A stretch of DNA of 64,000 nucleotides from Psilocybe cubensis. Taxonomy: Eukaryota. The stretch lies in the NCBI GenBank assembly GCA_017499595.2, contig CM039001.1:3968001-4032000 (forward strand). Direction: 5' to 3'. A program made the translations under genes and the position numbers. Below are positions 38,755 to 52,139 of this stretch, piece after piece (positions within the stretch are counted from its first letter, which is position 1; every line of letters starts with the position of its first letter). The notes beneath the pieces were generated by a model. It was given only the letters and a program-made list of their open reading frames with translations, was not told the origin of the DNA and searched no databases.

Positions 38755-39697
38755 ATGTCGGAGAAAGTGTGGACCGCGACAACAATACTTAGACTTCCCG
38801 AAGAAGTGGACGAATCTCTCGTAAATAAGCGTCAGGGTGAGGAAATAGCAGGGAAGAAATGCTCCGCGAGCATGTTAGAGTCTTCCAGTAACCTTGACAT
38901 CAGTGGGGGAACATTTGTCGCTTCTGCAGGAGACTACGTCCATCACGAGCATAAGAATACGTTCATCGTTATGCCGCCGCAAGCTATCGAGCCGTGCAAT
39001 TCCTCAGAGTCGTATATCAAAAGCCTGGAAAAAAGACTCATGGATGCTGAAGCCTTTCTTTCTCTTATCGCGGAATCTAATGCGCTAGGTATGTCAAATA
39101 CACTAAAGCCAGAGGCACTGTCGTCATCATTGAACTCTCGACAAGGAAAATCGGCCCCAGACTATGGAGTCGCATATATTCAAAAATCCATTACTCAAAG
39201 TGAACTAGAGCAAAACTCAACAGTTAAAGAATCCCATCCTTTTGACACCTTTTCGCCGAAGCAATTTCTTGACGGATTGAAGACAGCATGGGAGTCATAT
39301 GTCCACCCTGAAGGCGATATACATTACTCGACCAATCCCTTGCACCCGTCACACTGGGTAAATCGAGGTGGGCGATTTTTTCCATGTTTCCTATCTTTTC
39401 CAAGGAAATACTAATCAAGATCAAGATGACACCATTTGCACCTTCCCTATTCTCACCTGCGCTCAAGATGGGTTCAGCTCATTTGAAGAATCATTTGGTA
39501 ATTTATCCATGGATGAGAATTTGTCCCCACCGTCATTTGGTAACAGCGACGAGGAGAATTGGAAGGCATGGCGAGATTCCTGGAGTGCGTGGCACGCGTA
39601 CTGGACAGCCGTCTATGCGTCGTGGACGTCGTGGACATCATGGATACAATGGACCTGGACACCACCCACATTCATTGCTTGGAAGCCGTTTTGGTAA
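38755..39697 (+). CDS. Hypothetical protein with N-terminal ISGGTF motif, short coiled coil and Trp-rich C-terminus
   Basis: ORF 38755 (alternative ATG 38872) joins the Trp-rich frame through a predicted 52-nt intron at 39368-39419 (GTGGGC...ACTAAT..CAAG). Confidence 0.6.
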
Positions 39698-40643
39698 CTT
39701 TCTTCTAAACAGAAAATCTTGGTCATACACACACGAAGTCAGGCGGTACGGAGATAAGGAGCAGGGATGTGATGTTCTCAATACGAAGGGCGAGTATTGC
39801 CCGCGCTCACTACATCCTTCACGTCGAATTGGAAGCTTCGTGGCGTGTTACGGTAACGGTCATTGCTCACGGTTTTAGTCCCATCGGCATCGATAATCTT
39901 TCTAACCAATATACCCCCGTTATTTCTCTGGCAGCTTCACCTCTGACTGGCTTTCCGAAGGCAGAAAGGGATATTGCTAGCTTTATACCCATATTCGTAC
40001 TCATATTGCTCAACATTCGCTGTATCTTCAAAGCATTTTTGAAAACCCCCACGTGGAATAAACATTTATGTAGTCTGTCTACGTCAACTCATGCTTTTGT
40101 ATCGTCATATATACACTAATATTTATTTCATGTTACTTTATATGTCACTTTGGGTCTAAGTTCTGATTGTCAGTATGCCTGAACCCCGGAAGGTTATCGC
40201 CTACTTTGGCTTGCTTCTCGGCGTGCTGACACCTATGAATTGGTTTTTATTGAGATCGGTATTAGACTGCATCGAATGATTTATTTTTCATTTGTGTTAT
40301 TCTACGGGGCTAAGGGACAGCCTCGATTATTTGATGATTATTGTCAATAGAGATAGACCCCATGTCTTCAATAAATTTTTTATTTTCATTTTAATTATGT
40401 GACCTATGATACAAGACGGTTAATTACGAGCAGATCGAAGCCTGGCCCCTTGCCCCATTTCCCAAGCAGTAGTACTAACACTCAAAGACAAGGAAGTCAA
40501 AGAGGAGTGGATGGGCGCAAGATGAAAGTAAGAGCGGCACTTGAAGATGAATGTGGCACTAATATATACAATAGTTTCTTCAAAAGAGTGGAGTGAGGGA
40601 TGAACAGAAAAAACGAAAAGAAGTTTGCCAATACAGGTGATAT

Positions 40644-43600
40644 TCAGCCACGCCGTTTCTGCTTCGTCTTCCTATTCGCATTCTTGGTATTGTTGCTAGG
40701 CGCTGTGAAGGACGATTCCAAATCTATCAGGTTGGGCTCGATGGCAGTTGCCAATGTTTGCGGGTGGCGTGCACTGGCAGACGAAGCATCCAGCGGCTGC
40801 AACTCATCGCTTACACCCTGACTGGGACCACTAATACCACCACCACGGCTCCCAGAGACAACGCGTGTAATGGCAGCACTACCACCCCCACTTACCCCCG
40901 CCACGTTCAGACCGGAGACGAAACCGACACCTCGCCCGTCAAGCTCATAGAACCCCTCCTGCTCTTCCACAGCCATCCGATCTTGCATGTCCCACCCGCC
41001 ATCCCATATCTCTTCGTCTACCGCACCAACCACGTCGCCACCATCGACATCAGACACCAGCTGCAGATGTGATTGCTGTTGCGGCTGCTGCATATATGTC
41101 GCGTTCAAAGTCGACGAAGGCGCCGAAGTCACATTCCCACTCCCCTCTCCCGCGTGTCCAACAAAGTCCTCATCTTCCTCATCAAATTCCAGCGGCACAA
41201 CCTGCTGCTGTCCACCAGAATTATCCTCCCTCTCCCTCTCCTTGCGCCCAGCACCGCCAGTCTTAGCCTTCTGCAACATCTCCCGCCTGAGCCTCGCCAC
41301 ACCCTCGCTGACGCCATCTCCAATCCCTGCCATCTTCCGCCCAATCGGGATAGCAATCGCGTTCCTGAAAGAGCCGCCCGTCGCATGCACCCCGCCGTTC
41401 GGATACATAGGGAGTATGGGAGGGATCGCCCCCGACACAGAGTGAGAGCGGGCATGCGCATTGCTGGTAGAGGTGGTACCTGCACTGGACCCATACACAT
41501 TGGGATGGTCGGGCTCGAAGAAGCGGCCTGAAATCGCAGATGCAATGGGCTCGTCAAACGACGAGGAAACGCGTTGGATGGAGTGCGAGTGCATGTGCGA
41601 ATGTGAATGCGGTGGCGATGAGGGCGAGAAGTCGAGCATGTGTTCGCGGCCGACGCTACTTCCGCTTCCGCTCCCACCACTGCTGATGGCACCTGGGAGA
41701 GGAAGGCCAGACACGGGCGAGGAGGACGAGTATGCACTGATTTCGACCTGGCGGCGCACGTCAATCCTGTCCCCTGCTATATCGAACTGGTACCGCCTGA
41801 TCAGCGCGTGGTAGTCTTCGCCTAGAGTATGGAATAAGAATTGGTGTGAAAGATATAGTGATCGAGGCAGAACGCGTTTGGAGTTTGAGCCTGTGGTGAT
41901 TTCACCCTCCGCAAGCCAGCTACATATATTGAAAATGAAAATCAAGATCCATTAATCACAAAGAAGGGGAGAAACTCACTCTCGAGGGCTTCCTACACTA
42001 ACTGGTCCCTTCACAGGTGGTACAACCGGCGTCTTGATCTCTGCCCACTCCCGATCACGTCTCGCAAACAAAGTCCATGTCGCCAATACACTCTCCTTCG
42101 CCGTGAGCTCCATCTGAGTCTCCGTACCGGCGCTACCACTACCGCTCCCACTTCCAGACCCAGAAATAGCAGCCGTGCCCAATCCGCCCTTTGTCGATGG
42201 TGAAGACGAGCTCAGCCGCCCCACTCCACCCACACCCGGTAGTGATATGCTCGTCACACCCACGCCGAGCGCATGCACCGATGCCCCTACAACGTCTCTT
42301 ACGGGCTGCTTGTCAAGAGCAAGCCGTCTTAGCGACAGCACGCCGCTCGCCGGGTCGAAGAGAAGCACATCCTGGAAATTCGTGCTGCGCTTTCCACCAG
42401 ATGCACTAGTTGTTGTTGACGTGCTACTCGCACTGGCATGAGCATGGCTGGTATAACCCGTTTTTGGCGAGGACGGCGAACGGCTGACGATATTCATGGG
42501 CGGTGGTGCCGCAGGAGAACGTGGCGGCGCAAGATCTGGTGCCGACAACACATCGCATGGCGAGAGGAATGTGAACGCTAGTGGTGCGCTCGCCTGTGCT
42601 TGTGCGCCCTTAGTCCCACGCAGCTTCGCGATCGCGTTTAAAGACGTCATTGGGTGCTCCTATAGAGATTGGGCGGCAAACCGTCAGCCCAAAACCGAAA
42701 TTCTCCTATCTACGAAAGATATAAAGGAAAGAAGAAAACTTACAATCACATCCACATTTCTAACCCTCCCCTCCATGTGGCTTCGTAAATCGGTCTTGCC
42801 GCCGTAAGGGTTCGTCGCGAACACATGAACAGTCCTATTTCGCGTACCAACCGCAACCCACCTGCCGTCTTTCGCCCAATCCACACCCTCCACCACAGCA
42901 GACGTGCGTCCGCGATACAAGTCATAAACCTGGGAAGCACGCGGGCCTTGTGGCGGCTCCTGCAAACCAGTTTCCTCCACCAATTCTGACGATGTGTTCC
43001 TTTCTCCTAGACGCACGACGGACGGCACGGGGCGGAGCCTGAATACTTTGACACTGTGCCCGTCGCGCGTGATCACGCCCACGCTCGTCCCATCCTGCGC
43101 GAAGCAGAGACCTGCGACGGGCTGGCTACGCGATGCATTGAATTCATCAATCTTCATAGGGGTCCGGATAGGGCGCATGTCGTCGACAAGTTCGTCATTA
43201 TAGACAACGCCGACGTCGTGTATATTCTTCACAGTGCTTTCCAGATCGCGTCCAAATCCATCTGCCTCGCTAGAGTTGGAGTCCAGGAGCGGTGCTAAAT
43301 CCAGCACCGTCACATAATGCCCGTGTTCAACCACGCCCGTCGTATGTGGTGCGACGGCATGCGAACTGACATACGACGAGGACGAGGGAACACTTCCAAC
43401 AGCGGCTGACGCGTTGGCGGAGTACCTGCGCTCACGCAAAGCTTGCGCAGCCGCAGAATCATCCACATCCTCCGCATTATCCGGTGCACTTCTGGAGATG
43501 TACCTCCCATTCCCTCCTCCACTAACACTTCCGCCCGCCCGCCCTGCACCTACAGGTGTACCCTGCCTGACTGGTACACCACCTCCCACGCCAGCGCCCA

Positions 43601-46600
43601 CTCTGCTACGCGCAGCATCCACCGCCATACCACCCAAAAACCGCATACCACTCACCACGCTCTCGCTGACCCTCAGTGCAGCATGCCCTACCTCCGCCTG
43701 TGTGCGCGGGATACTTGCCCCAATCCCACTTATGGCACTCAGCCCGAAGGGCGCGGACGACGATGACGCGCTGGACGGTGCGTTCGAGTGTACAGACGCT
43801 GATGACGATGACGAGAGCCGGCGAGAGGCTTTACTAATACCTGAAGTGATACCGGTACCGACACTGAGAAAGGATGACGGAGAAGGGGACGAGCCGACGC
43901 CACCAACACCCCCTGGAGACATAGAGCCGGCATCTCCTCCACTAGTCCCCGTGCTGCGCCCAGGGACGGGCGATGCATACGCCAGGAGTCTTCCAGACAG
44001 CGCAAACACCGGAGAGGGGTACACTACTGGCACGGAGACTGATCCATCAGCTTGCTCAGCATTTCCACTAGGATTGACAGAAGCAGGCGTGCTACTGCGG
44101 CTCCCTGGTGCATACAGCGCGTTCGAAATGGCGTTGGCAATCGACAATGAGAGGCCCGACGAAAAGGCGCCTGTTCTGGACTTTCCGGTTGTTGCGTCTG
44201 CATGCACGCTGGGAGGTCCTCCAGCGGCGGTGCTGATACCTGCTACATCCACATTCATTTCTGAGCCATGTGGGGTAGGAGGAGGTATACGCGGGGGGCT
44301 TGTGAACGCTTCCAGGGACGTTGAGTGGATAGTGTGAAGCCTCCGGAATGTCGCGGACGAAAGAATATGTAGTGTTGGCGGGCTCTTCGTGCTCTAGACA
44401 AAGCAAAGAAAATCAACAAACTCAAAGAGAATAAAGGAGAAGTAACAACTTACAAGGACTACGAAATCCTTGCTAACATCAAAAGTACCCGCACGACTCC
44501 TAAAATCAGGAATCCCCGAGAGCGGTATATGCTTCACCACTCGATGTGTCCGAAGCGAATATACCACAAACACCACTTCCGTCACAGACTCGACTCCCGC
44601 ATTACCATCCTCTTCCGCTGCCTCTGCTTCAAGTAACAAACCAAGCAACGGCCTCTCATCCTCAAACACGTCCTTGTCGCGCGTCGCAGCCTTTGCTCGC
44701 CTGCTGGTAGTGGGAAGGATAACCGCATGTGCAACGCGGATTGTAAAATCGTCTCTGCCTGACCCCATCCTACCACCGACACCATGGCCGGCAACCTTGC
44801 CCTTTACTGTACCCATCGGTTCCCTACCAAGAGCGAAAAGCGCACTCCACTGCGTTTGCGTGCCAGAAGAAGCAGAAGCATCGAATCGCAGACGCACGAC
44901 CTCCCTAATCGCTTTCAGGTCATACGTATCCCATATCTGCAGGGCCGACGGATAGGCGACTACAAGGACCCGTCTAAAGATTTAAAAAAGCATTAGCGAG
45001 GAAGAAAGAAAAATAAAATAAAATAGTTATACCGATCGTTGAGCACATCCCACCTCGCCCCCACAATTCCATCGTCTCGCACACGCACCAAACCCTGGTT
45101 CTGTCCCTGACCTCTCGCCACTCCCGCACCCTTTACATTTTCAACTCCTCCTCCAACTCCCATAGAGCCTCTACCTTTCTCAACCCCTTCACCCTCTTCA
45201 CCGTAACCATATCCATATCCACCATACCCATACCCATGATCAACTCCACTATCTCGTTCCATACCAACTGCTCCTCGCCCTCTCCCACCTGAAATCCCGT
45301 ACTCCCCGCTCTTCAAATCTCTCCTTCCAGGTATCCTAGTTCCAATTCCAGGTTCTACACCTTGATTCATCGCTTCCGAGTATCCGCGGGTGTGTTCCAT
45401 TCCGTATCCGTATCCATACCCACCTCCACCTCCACCTCCACCTCCATACGGACCTTCCTCATGTTCAACACCTAAATCGACACTTCGGTGCTTTGCGGTT
45501 GGATGTGTAGGCCTATATTCTCTGTCCTGCTGGGTATTGGGGGCATGGCCGTAGCCACCATGCCTCTCATAGTCCTCGTCATCTCCATCTCTTTCATACT
45601 CCCTCTCAAACTCCTGCTTCATCCTCGCCTCTCTCTCCCTGTCTCCACCTCCACTACTTTTGACAGAGAAACCGAAGCCTCCAGCACCGACGCCTTCCAC
45701 CCTCCGTCTCGACACAGCTGGTGGTGCAGGAACTGACGACGGCGGTGCGTACGGCATGTGTCCTCGAATTGTGCGGTTAAGGGTATCAAGTATCGATGCC
45801 GGCTGTTGATTCGATGTTGAACTCGAATTCCGGCGTAGAGGCGAAGTGGATGAAACAGGGGGACTCGTAGACGCGTCGGGGCTTGACAATGAAAACGGTG
45901 CATTAGCCAATTTCGTATACAGCGTTTGGAAGTACGACATGGCAAAATATGGATAGAAGAAAGGTCAAAATAATAAAATGAAAGAAAGACCAAAAGAAAT
46001 TTTAAAGAAGGAAGATTCTTCGCTTGTGAAAAGTTGGAAAAAATGGATGCAGAAGAAAGACAAAAAAACAACGGGGACGAGGAGCGAACGAAGGAGTGCG
46101 TAAATGCAAAAGCGAAAAGAAAAAATGAGGGGCAAGAAACGCCATCCTCCAAACGCACCCCAATCTTCTCTTCGTGCAACCAGATCCACACGAGGCAGAA
46201 CACCGTGGCTTACACGGATATGAACATGGGAAGGATAAATGAAATAAATATTGTGAAACGGATGGTGTAGAAGTCACAGAATGGCAAACGATGAGGGGGA
46301 AAATGCATAACGAAACTAAAAGTGAATGGCGAACAAGATGAAACTGGGAGTTTCAAGTGAAATAAAGGGAAATGAATGCGGTTACATTCAACCACAGAAT
46401 CCACATCACAACGTGAATGAAATGAAATCTGATTCAAAGTAGAGATGTGCTGGCAAACGCAGCGCAGCAGAAAGAAGTACGGCGCTGAGCATTGCGCACG
46501 ATATGAAACAGGGTACAGCAGCGTAAACCAGGATAGAAATGATGACACCAAAAATTGATCCCAACCTCAACCAGTATATCCACTAACATCAATCCCCACC

Positions 46601-47750
46601 TCCGAACAACAGAAACAACCCGAACAAATGCATAGGCTTCAGTGGACCAAGCTCAATTTAGATCCGTGCGTACGCCTGAAAGGGTTATGATGACATCACC
46701 ATCCGTCCGTCCACCATGATGATTACCCCAGACAAAGGCCGCATGCGTGGGGTAACAATCCAAATTCACGTTCAAAACGTGGGTGTGGATGGGATATACG
46801 CGAGGCATGGAACTCAATGCATGTTCAGACCGACAATGCGGGTGACGATGCGCCGGACAAGGGGAAGGAAAAGGGAAATAAGTAAGAAGAGCCAGTGCAG
46901 CTCAGTCGAAGGGCAAAAGGTCAAAAGAGACAAGAAGAAAGAATGCAAATTAAAGAAATCGAGAAAAAGAGAAATGAACATACCGGGCATAGGCAGATCC
47001 AGAAGACGTCTCACGGACTCCTCCTGTGTGTTGGACGTTCTGGAACTCCTCATCCCACATCACATCCTCCTGTCTGTATCTGAAAGCCTGCTCCCCGGTC
47101 ACGGAGGTACGCGGTGGGATAGGCAACGGCGGCGGCGAGCCGTGCTCTTCCACCGTCGTCCTCCTGTTCGGGGTGATGTCTTGTGGTGCATAGGTATACG
47201 TCTGTGCTAGGTCCTCCGACACCTCTTCATCGGCAACAGCAGGGTAGGAAGAGGAGTTAGCTTCCTTATCAGACAGAGCAAGCATCCCAGCGCCGACTGT
47301 GACAGGCATCAGTGCGCCCGTCAAGTTGCCAGTAAAGTGCGATTGGTTGGTGTTATCGTGGTCGCGGTGCTTATCGCTATCGTGGTCGCCGTCGCTAGGG
47401 CTAACCCTCACCCTTCCACGCTCTCTGCCCCTCTCTCTTTCCGTCACACCCTCCACATTAGCATACACGCCAGTCTCAACACTAGCACGCGCATCTCCGT
47501 CAAGCTCGAAAGGCGGCAAGAGCTCGAGGTCTGCTTGTGGCACTACAGCTCCTGTGTCAGGTAACGGTGTCGGTAGCTGTGCAGGTGGCGATAGATCAGC
47601 TGTGAGTCCGCGCCGTGGCGAATCTTTGTCGTTGTCGTTGTCGTTGTCGTTATCAGTGATGGGAGGCGTTGGCTGCTGGTGTTGATGTTGATGTTGTCTG
47701 TGTTGCTGCTGGTTTCGGGCATTGCTGGCGCGCGAGGAACGAGGGGGCAT
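40644..47750 (-). CDS. BCAS3: BCAS3-like (Atg18/PROPPIN-related) WD40 beta-propeller protein
   Basis: YDLYRGRTSAVVEGVDWAKDGRWVAVGTRNRTVHVFATNPYGG and WLAEGEITT...RSLYLSHQFLFH match BCAS3 motifs. Six exons join in frame; the first intron is 45882-46983. Confidence 0.85.
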
Positions 47751-48161
47751 GAAAAGAGAGTCCTAATATGTTTTTCAATAATGTTAGTTGTATAAAAGAA
47801 AAGGTAGGAACTGACCTAAACGAAGCGATGAAAGGGAGGCTGGATGAGTCACAAACACTGAAACAACCTCCTTTAGTGTACAACTGTGGTAGTACGCAAC
47901 TAAATGCGTATATATATAAACAAGCAATATAAAAAGTAAGAAGATATGAGAGAATATGAGAGTCCTTGGTTCAAGTGCGGTGATGCTGCTGCTGTGTAGA
48001 CCAAGCAGGAGCGAGTCAACACCAGCGCCGCCAGCCAGGTTATCTACTCGCGGTGGCCTATATTTGGAAATAATCACGTCACAACTAATCACATCACGCG
48101 TCACTTCCTTTGGGGAATCGGCGCGGTCGCCGCCCATTCTTCGTTTCGAGTCAATTATATG

Positions 48162-48456
48162 CAGGGCGGGCAATTGGCGGTCATGTTTGCGAAATGGCAG
48201 GTGTGAGGCATGGGTGCGGGGAGGTTACCTGTCATTTTTTTGTGTCACACCATCTTTTTCACAAGTTAAGTTTGGTTGCCTGGGCATGGGATTTAATGTA
48301 TATCTAATAGAAAAGGTGTACATGCTATTGGTTTCTTGTGCATAAACCCGGACGATCAGAAACATACCCAAAAGTTTTCTTTTGTGACACAAAAACATGC
48401 CAATATCCTCCCGCACACGTGCCATTTGGCAACATGACTGGCAATTGCCCGCCGTG
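48162..48456. mobile_element. MITE-like element (295 bp) with long imperfect TIRs
   Basis: Left end CAGGGCGGGCAATTGGCGGTCATGTTTGCGAAATGGCAGGTGTG. Reverse complement of the right end CACGGCGGGCAATTGCCAGTCATGTTGCCAAATGGCACGTGTG. Symmetry continues inward to TTTTTGTGTCACA. No clean TSD. Confidence 0.8.
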
Positions 48457-50869
48457 ATATACAGTGCCCGCTAGTAGTAGTTAGCACACTGTCTCTGTCA
48501 AAATCAGACGAATGTCGGTCTAGACTTCTTCTGACTCACTACTACGTCTAGCACGTTCTTTTTCGAACCCTTTGCTCATCTAATCCATATCCACAACCTT
48601 TATACTATCCCACGACTAGACCTCAATAGTCCAAATTCCTATATACGTCTGGATAGTATTGACAGACAGACAGATAAGGAGTCCTTCTGATCAATCTCGG
48701 AGCCGCTCTGCCTCCCTTCTATCCTTACATGCGGGATCCACCAATAGTGAGCCAAGAGCGGATCAGGTATGATGGAAAATTGTCGCTCGTTTGTTGCATT
48801 GCTAATGAGGGAAAAGTATCCTGACTCCGAGTCCGACCAACACACTACATTTCCAATCTTTCCAACCACACAACCAGTTTAACAGCATACCCCCACAGTT
48901 CATACCCACCTATTTTCAACCATAACGCCAAAGCCAGAACACGCTTCCCAGATAAATCAACCATGCGCGACGCATCATAATCCAACAAAAATGAGTTGTT
49001 TCATATTAATAACAGTGCATGACGTTTACGTGACAGGAGGAAAATGGAAAATAGCCGGCTATAGCAATCCCGACATGAAAAAAGCGACAGAAAAGGGAGG
49101 GAGTATATCAAGAACCGCCATCAGATAGTTTCAGCCCGTCCCTATGTTATTAACAAGGTATGTGGTGCCGAACGGACGATGTCAACACCGCCTGCAGCCT
49201 CGTCGAGACGAGACGCGGCTGGTTCAACTCGTTGCACCAGAGGTTATCATCATAAGCGGTTGTTGATTGTGGAAGAATCAAGGAAACGGGACGGTAGTAG
49301 GATTGGCCGCCTTATATACACAAGAAAAATTATGGTCTCACGATCACGAGGACCAGATACACCCGTGCACAGACTTGGATTCATTAACAGAATATACCTT
49401 TGTCTAGAAGTGCCTGGTATAACGATGTTCATCAATGTGCTCCAGTCAAATTCGTACATTCAGATTGCATCGCGCTCCGTAGAAAGGTCTAGCGTGAAAA
49501 CAAGTCTGAAATTAAATCGCTCATATCTATAAATAATCAAGAATAATATTAACATCTCCAGACCAGTCTAGTACTCCGAAGCGTGCTATACGAAGAGTTA
49601 CTGTATGTATTCTCATCCTTCTTATCTACAATGTAAATACTAATACCAGTTTATCGACCAGTCGCAAGTCTGATTTTTTTGAGTTTGCCACCATCTGAAA
49701 AGTTGTTGAATGTGATATACCCCCTCTCAGTTATGTCTGCTCCCCTCCTAGCCTTGCAGGCAACATTTTTACATGTATGTTGATAAGGGTTGATAATTAA
49801 TTATCCATTCAGGAGCAATTCGGGTTCCGCAACAGTCGCTGATAAACTTGAATTGTTAGAGATTCATGCCAGTCCGCTTGAAAGAAAACAATATGATTGC
49901 TATGCACATGTGTAAGATGGGGGTATTCTGGATTGATTTTTAATACATCGCGGTTTTCAGGCACGTAGCAACTTTGCGACGGGGAACTACGGTATTCTAA
50001 AGGTTCAATACATCCTCCAAGCTGATATGTGCCACCATCAGATTCCTTATCATACCCGTACTTGCTATTGATATACAAAGAAAATGAGTTAACCGGTACA
50101 GAAATGAAACCTCTGGATCCTAAGAGACTTTACACTTTTCCAGAGTGCATAACTGCGTATGTGAACCCTGAAATACACACTTCAGGGATCACCTGGAACA
50201 TTCCAAACCTGCCGACCATCGGCACATTCGATATTTGTAAGAGCGTATTCAAATTCAGACGGCCGGAAGGGGAAATTGACTTTTCGGCATTGACCGGCGA
50301 GCCACAATTGTTCTGCCGAGTTCCCACAATGGAATGAATGTCGCAAATACGAACAGCATTAGCAGACAGTAAACCTGCGCGCTTCCTGGAGCCGATGACT
50401 ACGTTGTGTATCGACTTGATAAATTTTCCCAATCAGCCTCTCCGACGTCTCAGTAGTCTTATTATCTTTGATATGCTATAGGTAGGGAGGCAGAGGGCTT
50501 TGTATTCGGTCAATGCCAAAGTGTATAGGCGCTAGAATCTGATTTGACAACATGATAAACGAGCGTCTAACTTTAGTTTACATATATCTGTGTAGTAATG
50601 GGGCCGGAGCTTGACGAATGGAGATACTTTTTCGTTCAGTCATCAAGCATAATCTGTAGGAGCGGGAACTGGACCTTGCTACAGTATTGGATTAGATACC
50701 TATATCCCGCCGACAACCACGCAGGTATAAAGGAAGTAAATTCTGTTATTCAGCATGGTTTAAAAGTATAAAAGGACGTTGTAATGTGCACATTACCCAT
50801 CCACTAATTTGAACAGACAGCGTCTGCTAAACGCTACATCCTCAAACCACATTTTCTAAATCGTTATTA

Positions 50870-51880
50870 ATGTTATCGCTCAAGCTGTTACTTCCGTTGG
50901 TAGCAGTGTCGCTAACTGCGATTAATGCACTTGCATACCCTACCTCCACCAAATTTACCAAGGTATGTATAAATCATAATGTACATAACGCAACTTCAAC
51001 TGACCAACCGAATCCACAGACATTCCCTCGCTCCGCCAGGGGTGATGACATTGTGAACACACCAAGTGGTCCAATTCACTCATCCAACGTACATGTCGTT
51101 CCTCATGGCTCGCTCATTCAACATGAAGCTAGCACAGTCAATGTAATTGCACCCAACGGAACCACCATCTTCTCCCTTCCCTCCAATAAGGCCCAGAGGG
51201 GTCTAAACGCCACCCAGCCGCGCGACTCTCTCGCACGACGCGCACTGCAATCAGGATACGTTGAGCTCGCGTTCTGGGGGAACACAGCGCCCAGCCCCAT
51301 ATCCACATTCTCCACCCTCTGGTCCGTCCCAAACGTCCCGGAAAACGTGGACGGCCAGCTGCTCTACATCTTTAATGCGCTCGAGCCGCAGTCCTTTGAC
51401 GGCATCCTGCAGCCAGTGCTGCAATTTGGTGTCTCTCCAGCTGGAGGAGGAAACTACTGGTCCGTGGCATCGTGGTGGTTGTATGGCTCCGACGTCTTTG
51501 CCACCCCTGTCACCCCTGTAAGCGTAGGCCAGACTCTCGTTGGTGTGATGACACTCCAGAGCACATCCACGTCGGGCGGAAGCACGTCGTACAACTATAA
51601 TTCTGTGTTCACCGGGATTCCAGCGTCGTCTCTCTCCATAACATCACCGGAGGAACTCACGATCACCTTCGAGGCGCTGGAGATCTACGGCGCGTCTGGG
51701 CCCACGGATCTCCCACGCGGACGCACCACAATGCGGGCCATCGATATTGTGAACCAGGACGGTTCGCGCCCTCCGGTCAGCTGGGAAGTGACAGCTGATA
51801 CTAACGAACGGTTCTCGGTCAATGTTGTCTCGAATGCGACACCTAATGGCCAGGTTGATTTATTCTATCCTTTGCAATAA
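50870..51880 (+). CDS. Secreted prepro-protein, ConA-like / glutamic peptidase G1-like
   Basis: Signal peptide, VNTPSG pro-region, dibasic RR site, then WSVP, ILQPVLQFG and LEIYG. In-frame 57-nt intron at 50963-51019. TATAAAA near 50767. Confidence 0.65.
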   Translation: MLSLKLLLPLVAVSLTAINALAYPTSTKFTKVCINHNVHNATSTDQPNPQTFPRSARGDDIVNTPSGPIHSSNVHVVPHGSLIQHEASTVNVIAPNGTTIFSLPSNKAQRGLNATQPRDSLARRALQSGYVELAFWGNTAPSPISTFSTLWSVPNVPENVDGQLLYIFNALEPQSFDGILQPVLQFGVSPAGGGNYWSVASWWLYGSDVFATPVTPVSVGQTLVGVMTLQSTSTSGGSTSYNYNSVFTGIPASSLSITSPEELTITFEALEIYGASGPTDLPRGRTTMRAIDIVNQDGSRPPVSWEVTADTNERFSVNVVSNATPNGQVDLFYPLQ

Positions 51881-52139
51881 GTAATTCGACTTTGAATTAA
51901 TACTAATTGCGGTGTCTGTGGAATAGGAGTACAGTAGTAGATATAACTACCAAAGCATCTGATAATTCTATTGGTACTATAGTATACAATATGACTCATA
52001 TTATTGTCGTCCTGTTTTGTACAGTTGAAGTAGATCGCCTTGACATTAATTGGAGACATTTCACAACAAAACTCATATATTCATACTTGTAGTATTATTT
52101 GCACTACCTAGTCGCACGTTATTTAACGCCTTGAACTCC

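Noticed and set aside
43414..44337. 307-aa plus-strand ORF
   Set aside because: Antisense shadow of a BCAS3 exon.
50029..50480. Possible decayed gene fragment
   Set aside because: Protein-like but interrupted by a stop, and no family is recognisable.
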